Of a stretch of 64,000 bases of DNA, positions 39,334-47,958 are shown in pieces. The notes below the pieces were generated by a model. It was given only the letters and a program-made list of their open reading frames with translations. It was not told the origin of the DNA and made no database searches. Origin of the DNA: an uncultured delta proteobacterium (lineage in GTDB: Bacteria; Desulfobacterota; Binatia; Binatales; Binataceae); NCBI GenBank assembly GCA_963794325.1, contig CAWCDG010000007.1, positions 192,001 through 256,000 of the forward strand, in the 5' to 3' direction. The first letter of the stretch is position 1, and each line of letters opens with the position of its first letter. A program made the translations under genes and the position numbers.

Positions 39334-40341
39334 GTGCATGAGCGCGTCGTGCCGCTTCGTGAGGTCGTTCCGGTCGGGCGCGCGAATAACGTGCTCGATC
39401 TCGTCGGCAACACCCCGCTGCTCGAAATAAAGCGGCTCACCGCGGGACTGATTCCCGCGGGCGTGCGGATTTTCGCCAAGCTCGAGGGCTTCAACCCCGG
39501 CGGCTCGGTGAAGGATCGGCCGGCGAAGAAAATGCTCGAGGTCGGAATCGCGCAAGGCAAGCTGAAACCCGGCAAAGTGATCCTCGATTCGACGTCGGGC
39601 AACACCGGAATCGCGCTGGCGATGCTCGGCGCGACGCTCGGCTATCCGGTCGAGCTGGTGATGCCGTCGAACGTGAGCCGCGAGCGCAAGAAAATCGTCG
39701 AAGCTTACGGCGCGAAGATTCATTTCTCCGATCCGATGGAAGGATCCGACGGCGCGATCGTCATGTGCCGCAAACTGCTTGGGCAGAATCCCGATCGCTA
39801 CTTCAAGCCCGACCAGTACAACAACGAGGCCAACTCGATTGCGCATTTCGAGACCACCGGCCCGGAAATCTGGCGTCAGACGCGCGGCGAGGTGACGCAT
39901 TTCGTAGCCGCGATCGGCACCGGCGGCACCATCATGGGCACCGGCAGATTCCTGAAGTCGAAGAGTCGCGCAATCAAGGTGATCGCGGTCGAGCCTGACG
40001 ACGCGATGCACGGACTCGAGGGCCTCAAGCACATGGCGAGCTCGATCGTCCCGGGCATCTATCACGAAAAAGATCTCGACGACAAAATTCAGGTCGGCAC
40101 CGAGGAGGCGTACGAAATGGTGTACGCGCTCGGGCAGACCGAAGGTATCCTGGTCGGCCAATCGTCGGGGGCTGCGATAATCGCGGCTCTCAAGCTGGCG
40201 CGCTCGATTCGCGACGGCACCATCGTCACGATATTCGCCGACTTCGGCGACAAGTATCTCTCGACGAATTTGTGGATCGGATGGCAGGAATGGCGTCCCG
40301 AGCGCCTGCAACAAGTTATCGCCAAGTGGCAGAAGAAGTAA
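39334..40341 (+). CDS. cysM: Cysteine synthase CysM family (start approximate)
   Basis: VGNTPL, AKLEGFNPGGSVKDR, TSGNTG, GTGGT, GQSSG, DKYLST. Confidence 0.9.
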   Translation: MHERVVPLREVVPVGRANNVLDLVGNTPLLEIKRLTAGLIPAGVRIFAKLEGFNPGGSVKDRPAKKMLEVGIAQGKLKPGKVILDSTSGNTGIALAMLGATLGYPVELVMPSNVSRERKKIVEAYGAKIHFSDPMEGSDGAIVMCRKLLGQNPDRYFKPDQYNNEANSIAHFETTGPEIWRQTRGEVTHFVAAIGTGGTIMGTGRFLKSKSRAIKVIAVEPDDAMHGLEGLKHMASSIVPGIYHEKDLDDKIQVGTEEAYEMVYALGQTEGILVGQSSGAAIIAALKLARSIRDGTIVTIFADFGDKYLSTNLWIGWQEWRPERLQQVIAKWQKK

Positions 40342-40349
40342 TCGACAAA

Positions 40350-40595
40350 ATGGAACGTATCCACGAACGCTACTACCTGAGCTATCCGCGCACGCTGATC
40401 AAGGAGCCGATCCTTTATCAGTTGGTGAAGAAGTTCGATCTGGTTTTCAATATTCGCGGCGCCAGCGTGTCCGAGGAGATGGGCCTGGTCGCGGTCGAAT
40501 TCGAAGGCAGCAGTGATCAGATCGAGCGCGCGCTGACCTGGCTGCGCAGCACCGGCGTGACGGTCGAGCCAATCGAAAAGAACGTGATCGAATAG
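40350..40595 (+). CDS. Stand-alone NIL domain protein
   Basis: L.YP..LIKEPILYQLVKKFDLVFNIRGASV...G...VEFEG....IERAL.WL...GV.VE. Confidence 0.85.
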   Translation: MERIHERYYLSYPRTLIKEPILYQLVKKFDLVFNIRGASVSEEMGLVAVEFEGSSDQIERALTWLRSTGVTVEPIEKNVIE

Positions 40596-40611
40596 GTCGC
40601 GCGAGCGCGCG

Positions 40612-41190
40612 ATGACTCTCACGGACGCGCAAATCGATCGATACAGCCGGCAAATAATCGTGCCGCGAGTCGGCGGCCGCGGTCAGGAACGCTTGCTCGC
40701 CGCACGAATACTGCTCGCCGGCGATGCGCGCGACATCGAGGCGCCGCTCGCATACCTGGTCGGCGCGGGCGTCGGATCGATTCTGCTGAGGCCATCTGTT
40801 TATCAAGGAGTATGCGCTGAAAAACGCGAACTCAATCCGGACGTAACCGTGACAGATGAACGAAAGGCGCCAATCGATCTGGCACTGATGATCATCGGAA
40901 GTGAGTCGGCACGCAAAGTTGCAGATGAGATCGCGAACGATCGCGATGTGCAATCATTGGTGATCGCGCGCCTCGACGCGCCAGGAAAAATCGTCGTCAT
41001 CCCCGACGCGCACGGATCGCCAATTCTCGGCGCAGGATTCGGCTCGCGCTCCGAAGCTGCGGATTTTATCGCGATGCTTGCGACGGCGGAGGCATTCAAG
41101 CTGATCGCCGGCTACCAGGAGAATCCGTCGAGCGCGACGATCGAAATCGACTTCGACGGTTACCAGACCACAGTTCGCGTCAATCCGTGA
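40612..41190 (+). CDS. Degenerate ThiF-like protein retaining the RYSRQ helix (ThiF-B)
   Basis: LTDAQIDRYSRQII...GQERL, YL..AGVG, LNPDV and AEAFKL are present; GxGxxG, SNLxRQ and the Zn cysteines are absent. Confidence 0.8.
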   Translation: MTLTDAQIDRYSRQIIVPRVGGRGQERLLAARILLAGDARDIEAPLAYLVGAGVGSILLRPSVYQGVCAEKRELNPDVTVTDERKAPIDLALMIIGSESARKVADEIANDRDVQSLVIARLDAPGKIVVIPDAHGSPILGAGFGSRSEAADFIAMLATAEAFKLIAGYQENPSSATIEIDFDGYQTTVRVNP

Positions 41191-41858
41191 TGTACAAACT
41201 CTGGATGTTCGATTTCGACAACACGCTCGCGCGGCTCGAGCCCGAGGTCGATTGGGCCGGCGGCCGGCTCATCCTCGAACCGTACATGCGATCAGCCGGC
41301 GCGCCCGAGGAACTGTTCACCCGAATCCCGCGCGGCAACCTCCCGCTCTACGACGCGTACCGCTCACTTACTGTGCACGACCCCGATCAGCCGAAAATAA
41401 TCGGAACGCTCCAACACGCTTCTGACATAATCGAGAAACTCGAGTTGGCAGGAGTCGATCGCGCACAACCGCTCGAAGGTGCGATCGAAATACTCGCGAC
41501 ACTGAAGAAGAGCGGCGCTTCGATCGCGATCGTGACGTCCAATTCTTCGAAGACCGTCAAACGCTGGTTCGACAGACGTGCAACCGCGTCGGTCGATGCG
41601 ATCGTCGGGCGTGACACACTGCTCGCACTCAAGCCGGCCCCCGATATGATTCTTCGCGCACTCGAATTATTTTCCGTCGATCGATCCGAGGCCGCCTTCG
41701 TCGGCGACAGCGATGCCGACCTCCGCGCCGCGCAAAATTGTAACGTGCGATTCTACGGAATCGCACCCACCGACATTGCCCGCGATCGATTGCTCAATGC
41801 TGGAGCTAAAGAAATTTTCAGCTCGCCCGCCGCGTTGGCCGTTGCTTTGTCATCCTGA
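41187..41858 (+). CDS. HAD family phosphatase
   Basis: FDFDNTL, VTSN, KPAPD, VGDSDAD; GTGA overlap with ThiF-B. Confidence 0.88.
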   Translation: MMYKLWMFDFDNTLARLEPEVDWAGGRLILEPYMRSAGAPEELFTRIPRGNLPLYDAYRSLTVHDPDQPKIIGTLQHASDIIEKLELAGVDRAQPLEGAIEILATLKKSGASIAIVTSNSSKTVKRWFDRRATASVDAIVGRDTLLALKPAPDMILRALELFSVDRSEAAFVGDSDADLRAAQNCNVRFYGIAPTDIARDRLLNAGAKEIFSSPAALAVALSS

Positions 41859-41928
41859 CGAAGCGAGCAACGCGAGCGCCTCGTGTCATCCTGACGACGG
41901 GAGCACTAGCGACGGGAGGAATGGATCT
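41849..41928. repeat. TGTCATCCTGACG duplicated REP-like element
   Basis: TGTCATCCTGACGA at ~41849 and ~41884, followed by GGATCT. Confidence 0.55.
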
Positions 41929-41950
41929 CGGACAGCTTCGCGCACGCGAA

Positions 41951-42027
41951 GCCGGTTCCGGTTTCCCAAAATCGCGAAGCGCTCCACATTTGCGCCGGTT
42001 CCGGTCTCTGAAATCGCGAAGCGCTCC
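41951..42027. repeat. Imperfect 43-bp tandem duplication
   Basis: GCCGGTTCCGGT....AAATCGCGAAGCGCTCC occurs twice. Confidence 0.75.
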
Positions 42028-42115
42028 TTTTCAAGCCTTGTTTCCTCCGACAATATTAAGTAACTTCTGAGGTTCAGTAAGTAATCTATTCCTAAGGGAG
42101 CGTCAGTTTTAGCAG

Positions 42116-42658
42116 ATGGATCAAGGGTTTACCTTGTGGTTTACAGGCCTGTCCGGGGCGGGAAAATCAACGCTTGCGAATCTGGTCGCCGACGAACTGC
42201 GCAAGCGCGGGCATCGCGTCGAAATCCTCGACGGTGACGAAGTACGCACCAATCTCTCCAAGGGCCTCGGCTTTTCCAAGGAGGATCGCGACATCAACAT
42301 CCGGCGGATCGGCTACGTATGCCATCTGCTGGCGCGCAACGGCGTCATCTCGATCTCGGCGGCGATTTCGCCCTACCGCGAGGTGCGCGACGAGGTGCGG
42401 CGCAATCACGACCGCTTCTTCGAGGTGTACGTGCGATGCACGATCGACAAGCTGGTCGAGCGCGACGTCAAGGGCCTCTACAAGAAGGCGCTGGCCGGCG
42501 AGATCAAATCGTTCACCGGCGTGTCGGACCCTTACGAGGAACCGCTGACGCCGGAACTCGTCGTCGATAGCAGCACCGAGACCGTCGAGCAGAGCCTGGG
42601 CAAGCTGCTCGGACGCCTCGAAGAGCTGAATTACATCAACAAGGGAGCACGGAGATGA
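42116..42658 (+). CDS. cysC: Adenylyl-sulfate kinase
   Basis: [46 protein letters not shown]. Confidence 0.96.
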   Translation: MDQGFTLWFTGLSGAGKSTLANLVADELRKRGHRVEILDGDEVRTNLSKGLGFSKEDRDINIRRIGYVCHLLARNGVISISAAISPYREVRDEVRRNHDRFFEVYVRCTIDKLVERDVKGLYKKALAGEIKSFTGVSDPYEEPLTPELVVDSSTETVEQSLGKLLGRLEELNYINKGARR

Positions 42659-43831
42659 GCGTGCGCGATGACGCAATTTCGGCACACGGCGGCGGCGAGC
42701 TAGTCGATCTGAAAGCGCCGGCCAGTGAGCGCGCTGCACTCGCGGCGCATGCGGCGAAGCTCGCGAGCGTCACGCTCAATGCGCGCGACATCGCCGACCT
42801 CGAGATGCTTGCGACGGGCGCCTTCTCTCCGCTGACCGGCTTCATGGGCGAGGCGGACTACACTCGCGCGCGCGACGAGATGCGCCTCGCGTCGGGCGTG
42901 CCGTGGTCGATTCCAATCACGCTCGGCGTCGATGAGGCCACAGCTAAATCGCTGAAGACCGGAAGCGAGATCGCGCTCGCGACCGACGACGGCAAGCGGC
43001 TGGCGATTCTCAAGCTTGCGGAAATTTACAAGGTCGATCGCAAGAACGAAGCGCAGAACGTGTTCGGCACCTCGGAAGACGCGCATCCGGGCGCGAAGAA
43101 CGTCACCTCGATGCCGCCATACTGCCTCGCCGGAAACGTCACGCTCATTGAAGAGATACCGGGGCGCACCTTCCTGGAATTTCCGCGCGAGCCGCGGCAG
43201 ACGCGCGCGGCGTTTCGCGAGCGTGGATGGAAAAAGATCGTCGCGTTCCAGACGCGCAACCCGACCCATCGCGCGCACGAGTACATCCAGAAAGCGGCGC
43301 TCGAAATCTGCGACGGCCTGATGATTCATCCGCTGGTCGGCGAGACCAAGGGTGACGACGTGCCCGCCGCGGTCCGCATGGAGACTTACAAAGTATTGCT
43401 CGACGCGTACTACCCCAAGGACCGCGCGATGATCGGCGTGTTCCCGGCGCACATGCGCTACGGCGGCCCGCGCGAGGCGATTCTGCACGCGATCGCGCGG
43501 CGCAATTACGGATGCACGCATTTCATCGTCGGGCCGCGATCACGCCGGCGTCGGCAATTACTACGGCAGTTACGATGCGCAGAAAATCTTCGAGCGCTTC
43601 GCGCCGGCCGAACTTGGAATTACGCCGCTGATGTTCGAGAACACTTTCTACTGCAGGCGATGCAACTCGATGGCGTCGTTCAAGACCTGCCCGCATTCAG
43701 ACGCGGACCGGGTGATACTTTCGGGCACGAAAGTTCGCGAGATGCTGCGCGCGGGTGAAGCGCCGCCGCCGGAATTCACCCGCCCCGAGCTGGCAGCGAT
43801 CCTGGTGAAAGCAATGCACGACGCGAAGTAG
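42655..43831 (+). CDS. sat: Sulfate adenylyltransferase (frameshift near 43533)
   Basis: [33 protein letters not shown]; VGRDHAGVG and LSGTKVRE continue in the shifted frame. Confidence 0.92.
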
Positions 43832-43886
43832 GCTCGCGATCGTAAAGCGGGCCGGGCCTACTTAAAGAAATCGCGGGAGAAAAATT

Positions 43887-44867
43887 GTGAGCAAGTGGCA
43901 ATTCACCAAAGGTCTGCACGACCTCGGACGCGGCGCTTACGCATACCTGCAGCCCTCGGGCACCTGGGGTTACAGCAACGCCGGATTGATTACCGACGGC
44001 GATCAATCGCTGCTGGTCGATACGCTTTTCGACGAACGGCTGACCGCCGAGATGCTTGGCGTGATGCGCGACGCGACCGGCTTTGGCGCCGATCGCATCG
44101 GCGTGGTGGTGAACACGCACTCGAACGGCGATCACACCTTTGGCAATCGGCTTGCGAAAAATGCGGTGATCATTGCGTCGGAAGCGGCGGCGCACGAGAT
44201 GCGCGAAGAAGGCAATCCGCAGATGCTCGCGTCGTTGATGAAAAATGCTGACTCAATGGGAGAGGTCGGCGCTTTTTTCAAGAAAATTTTCGGTGCGTTC
44301 GATTTCGCCGGAGTCACATTCCGGCTGCCCGACCGCACCTTCGTCGGAGAGGAAACGCTCAAGGTCGGCGATAAGCAGGTAAGCCTGATCCAGGTCGGCC
44401 CCGCGCACACCGCGGGCGACGTGATTGCCTTTGTCCCCGCCAATCGAGTCGTTTACACCGGCGATATTCTGTTCATCGAAGGGACTCCGATCGCGTGGGC
44501 AGGTCCGGTGAGCAACTGGATCAAAGCATGCGACCGGATTTTGGACTTGGATGCCGACGTCATCGTCCCCGGCCACGGTCCGATCACCGACAAGGCCGGC
44601 GTCAAGCGGATGCAGGACTACCTGGTGTACGTCGACCAGGAAGCGCGCAAGTGTCACGCGGCGGGAATGAATTCATGGGAGGCCGCGCAGAATATCGCGT
44701 TGGGCTCTTTCGGCGCCTGGGAAGATCCCGAGCGGCTGGCGGTCACGGTGGACACGATTTTTCGCGAGATAAATGACGATCACTCGTCGCGCAACATCGG
44801 AGAACTTTTCGGCCGAATGGCGCAGTTGCAGAGCCGCTTTGCCGCTCCTTCAGCGACTCCCCGCTAA
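43887..44867 (+). CDS. Metallo-beta-lactamase fold hydrolase (cyclase-like)
   Basis: SNAG, VNTHSNGDH.FGN, AHTAGD, TGD, VPGHG. Confidence 0.88.
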   Translation: MSKWQFTKGLHDLGRGAYAYLQPSGTWGYSNAGLITDGDQSLLVDTLFDERLTAEMLGVMRDATGFGADRIGVVVNTHSNGDHTFGNRLAKNAVIIASEAAAHEMREEGNPQMLASLMKNADSMGEVGAFFKKIFGAFDFAGVTFRLPDRTFVGEETLKVGDKQVSLIQVGPAHTAGDVIAFVPANRVVYTGDILFIEGTPIAWAGPVSNWIKACDRILDLDADVIVPGHGPITDKAGVKRMQDYLVYVDQEARKCHAAGMNSWEAAQNIALGSFGAWEDPERLAVTVDTIFREINDDHSSRNIGELFGRMAQLQSRFAAPSATPR

Positions 44868-47141
44868 GTTCAGCGATGGCCCCGGGATTTGCGGGAGCCA
44901 TCGGTTCAATTGAGAGAGTAAATATTCGAGGCGGCGCATCGAGTGCAGTTCAGCGAGAATCGCGCGTCGCTGATCGAGCGTCCATGGTGTGATTCGCGCG
45001 AATTCCCGCTCCTCTATCCGTGAACCGAACAGCTCGAGACGCGTTTCCAACTCACTCGTCGAATGCGATCGCGCAATCGCCTGCGCGGCCCGCGGGTCGA
45101 GACTTTCAGCACTGCTGAAGAAATCCAGCCACGACTCGAGTTGCCGGCGGACTGCGTCGATCACCTCGACGCGCGCCGATTCGGTTGAGGCGTCCAGTTG
45201 CGGCGTCGGAGTGACGATCCGCCCGCTCGCAATCGAGGCCATCCGGTTCGCGATACGCCGCAGCGTGCCGGCCGCCTCCACAATAGCGTTATGGTTGACC
45301 GTGCTGGTGCGGCCCTCCATTTGCGCATCATCCGAGACCTCCAGAATTTCCGCCAGCGTCCGCATGCTCTGCGAGTTAGCCTGCTGAATCTCATCCTCAG
45401 TGTTCGAGGCGGAACCACCCGGCGCCAGTGCAAGTGCGTCGCGAATAACTTCACGCAGCCTCGGCAACAACGAATCGCCGGCGTACGCCGGCCACAATAT
45501 TAAAAAGACGGCTGCCGCGACCAACGTCCCGAGCAAAACTCCCCAGATACGCCACAGCGGCGCGTAAACGTCGAGCGCGGGACTCAAGCCGGCAAACGCC
45601 AACGCGAATGTCGTACCGATCTGCTTTCCCGCGTATGAAACACGTCCGCTGCTTAGCGAGGAGTACGACGAGATATAGAAGACTACGAAGAGGGCGATCA
45701 TATAAGCCGGAAGAGTCTCGAAGTTCGGAGTGACGACAATGATTGTCAGCAGAGTTATCGCCCCGCCGATTATCACTCCGACGATCCGCAGAATCATCTT
45801 GCGCAGGGTTGCGCCGTAAGTTGGAAGCGCGGTTATCAGCACCGTCGTCAGGATTGTTGAGAGGTCGGCGCGCTGGGTGACGACTCCGATCACATAGCCG
45901 ATCACCACGCATAAACCGACCTTCATGGAAAAGCGGACCACCGCATGATCCGGCGCGTCGGTCGCTCCTGGAGCCACCGTGGCAGACGGCGTCGCCGCGG
46001 CAGGCTGCGGAGGCTCATCGAGCAGCTGCTCGATATGCGCGGTCAGCGCCGCCAGCGAATCGGTGAAGGATGCGAAATTCTCGATCTCCGCCGAACTCGC
46101 AGTGCCGATATACTTCGGCCTGATCTGTATAACGCGTGCGGCGAGCGCATCGTATGCCGATCGTGCCCGGGTCCGCGAGGCAGGTGGCGGCTTGTCAGCG
46201 CCAACCGGAATGTAGGTCGGAAATTCGCGGGCGATTTCGTCCAACACCGTCGCGATTGCATTCACCGACGCTTGCAGTTCCGGGCGCGCCATTGCGGAAA
46301 TATCTCCGGGTACGTCCTGGCGCGCCGCGAACGTCAGGCGATCGGTTTCGAGACCGATGCGCGCCACGCGCGTGATAGCCGCAAGCAGGATCGCGCGACG
46401 ATGCTGGGAGACTCCTTCGGCTACACTGCGATTCAGAAGCTCCATGTGCGAGGGAAGATCCGAAGTCGGCGGTGGCAGCGGCGGCCGCGGCGCATCATGG
46501 CGATCGAGATAATAATTCGCAGCTTCAAGCAGCCGCGAACGATCGCGAGCGACGGTCGCTCCCAGCGATTCCAGCAGGATTTCTTCACCGCGATCCGGCC
46601 AAATCCAGTTGTCGAACAGGACGATCGTGCCGAATGCGATCAGGCTTCCGCCGAATTCGGCGGCCGCGTTCCAACCGATTTCCCCCGGCGCATACACCAC
46701 GCCGTAAAAGATAAAGAGGCAGGTCACCTGGATGAGCAGAAGTGCCGCGCCAAGGTTGCGAATCGTTCCGAAGTAGCTCGAAATCGAAATCAACCCGAAC
46801 AGAAATGGGAGCATCAGCCACGGCGTCTCGGACAATATACCGGCCAGCACCACTGATGCGGCCAGCGCCACTGCTTCCGCGATCAGAAACCCAACCGCCT
46901 TGCGCGCCGACATCATCGGCCCCGCACCCACCAGCAGCCACACGATGTAAGTGCCTAGCTCGTTGTAGACGTGACAGCTCGCGACCAGGCCGGCGCCGAT
47001 CGTGCCGATCGTGGCGAGGCGAAGGGCAGTTCGGAGTTTTCGGGAATTCGGCGCAAGCTCTCGGGAGAGCAACGCCGTGAGCTGATCGAACCAACCCGGC
47101 GGCTGCGCGAGGCGGATCTCCGGTTTGGCGTAGCCGGCCAT
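44850..47141 (-). CDS. FUSC family (fusaric acid resistance-like) membrane efflux protein
   Basis: Two multi-TM blocks, each followed by WP and a long helical region; LR.VG..IG and R.WG.LLG motifs. Confidence 0.8.
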   Translation of the reverse strand: MAGYAKPEIRLAQPPGWFDQLTALLSRELAPNSRKLRTALRLATIGTIGAGLVASCHVYNELGTYIVWLLVGAGPMMSARKAVGFLIAEAVALAASVVLAGILSETPWLMLPFLFGLISISSYFGTIRNLGAALLLIQVTCLFIFYGVVYAPGEIGWNAAAEFGGSLIAFGTIVLFDNWIWPDRGEEILLESLGATVARDRSRLLEAANYYLDRHDAPRPPLPPPTSDLPSHMELLNRSVAEGVSQHRRAILLAAITRVARIGLETDRLTFAARQDVPGDISAMARPELQASVNAIATVLDEIAREFPTYIPVGADKPPPASRTRARSAYDALAARVIQIRPKYIGTASSAEIENFASFTDSLAALTAHIEQLLDEPPQPAAATPSATVAPGATDAPDHAVVRFSMKVGLCVVIGYVIGVVTQRADLSTILTTVLITALPTYGATLRKMILRIVGVIIGGAITLLTIIVVTPNFETLPAYMIALFVVFYISSYSSLSSGRVSYAGKQIGTTFALAFAGLSPALDVYAPLWRIWGVLLGTLVAAAVFLILWPAYAGDSLLPRLREVIRDALALAPGGSASNTEDEIQQANSQSMRTLAEILEVSDDAQMEGRTSTVNHNAIVEAAGTLRRIANRMASIASGRIVTPTPQLDASTESARVEVIDAVRRQLESWLDFFSSAESLDPRAAQAIARSHSTSELETRLELFGSRIEEREFARITPWTLDQRRAILAELHSMRRLEYLLSQLNRWLPQIPGPSLNLAGSR

Positions 47142-47203
47142 AGCCAGTTTTTTAAGGGTCCCCTTCGATCGTTACAGGTCAGCCCAAAGCGATGATACGG
47201 GTA

Positions 47204-47287
47204 CTCGAGGCTCGCATCCAGAGAGATATTGGCCTCGAGCAGCTTCGACACCGGGCAACCTGCCTTGGCCCTGGCGGCGAGCCGGCG
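47204..47287 (-). pseudogene. Remnant of an OsmC peroxiredoxin C-terminus
   Basis: Translation RRLAARAKAGCPVSKLLEANISLDASLE resembles the OsmC terminal motif AKxGCPVS..L...I.L; the rest of the gene is absent. Confidence 0.6.
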
Positions 47288-47291
47288 ATTC

Positions 47292-47483
47292 TCACGCTGG
47301 TTGTTCCGCGGAGGGCACGGTGGCCAGCTCGCGGACAACCTCGATTCGATCAGCCTCGATAAAAGCCGCAAAATTCGCCGCCCCTTCGAAATTATCAATA
47401 TCTTCGAAGCAATGCGGAATTCCCAAGCGCTTGCCATACCAAACCCGCCAGACTGCTTTATCTACCATCGCAATATCCTCCAT
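47292..47483 (-). CDS. Small hypothetical protein
   Basis: 63-aa ORF; GGAGG SD precedes the internal Met (MVDK). Confidence 0.4.
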   Translation of the reverse strand: MEDIAMVDKAVWRVWYGKRLGIPHCFEDIDNFEGAANFAAFIEADRIEVVRELATVPSAEQPA

Positions 47484-47585
47484 TGCTTCTAATGGAGGGG
47501 CGTGAAAAATCGCCGCACGATGATGCGACGCCCAATCTCGCGCCGTATCCGATGAGTCATTGATTGTCGGATCGGGAGAAAGACC

Positions 47586-47777
47586 ATGAATACAGCGACT
47601 CTTCTAACATCGGTGCGAGACCCACGAAGCGGCGAAGTTCACCGTCCGAGCGAAGAGGTGACGATCATGGGCGTCATACGGAACATGGATCGCACCCTGA
47701 TGAAGGTCCGATGGCAGACTGGCGGCGATTGCGTGCTGTTTCCTGAAGAGCTCGAGGAAGTACGCCCGGGTCTGTGA
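47586..47777 (+). CDS. Small hypothetical protein (SH3-like composition)
   Basis: GGGAG SD; globular-looking 63-aa sequence ending VLFPEELEE. Confidence 0.55.
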   Translation: MNTATLLTSVRDPRSGEVHRPSEEVTIMGVIRNMDRTLMKVRWQTGGDCVLFPEELEEVRPGL

Positions 47778-47958
47778 CGGTAGCGCTCTTCTATCTTCGG
47801 GAGGGTGTCGCTGCGGTCGCCGTGCGCCAGCGAGCGCCCAGCGCTGATGCGGGGATATCGGGTACTCGCGTGAATCGGGCCTACTGTGTTAGTGCCAATC
47901 GCGAAGGCAAACCTTTTCCGGTGATCGGTGCCCCTGGCCTCGAAAGGACAGTACAACT

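Noticed and set aside
36966-41190. ThiF plus ubiquitin-like genes as an antiphage conjugation system (CBASS/Bil-like)
   Set aside because: No E2, JAB, cyclase or effector genes are present, and the context is clearly sulfur amino acid metabolism.
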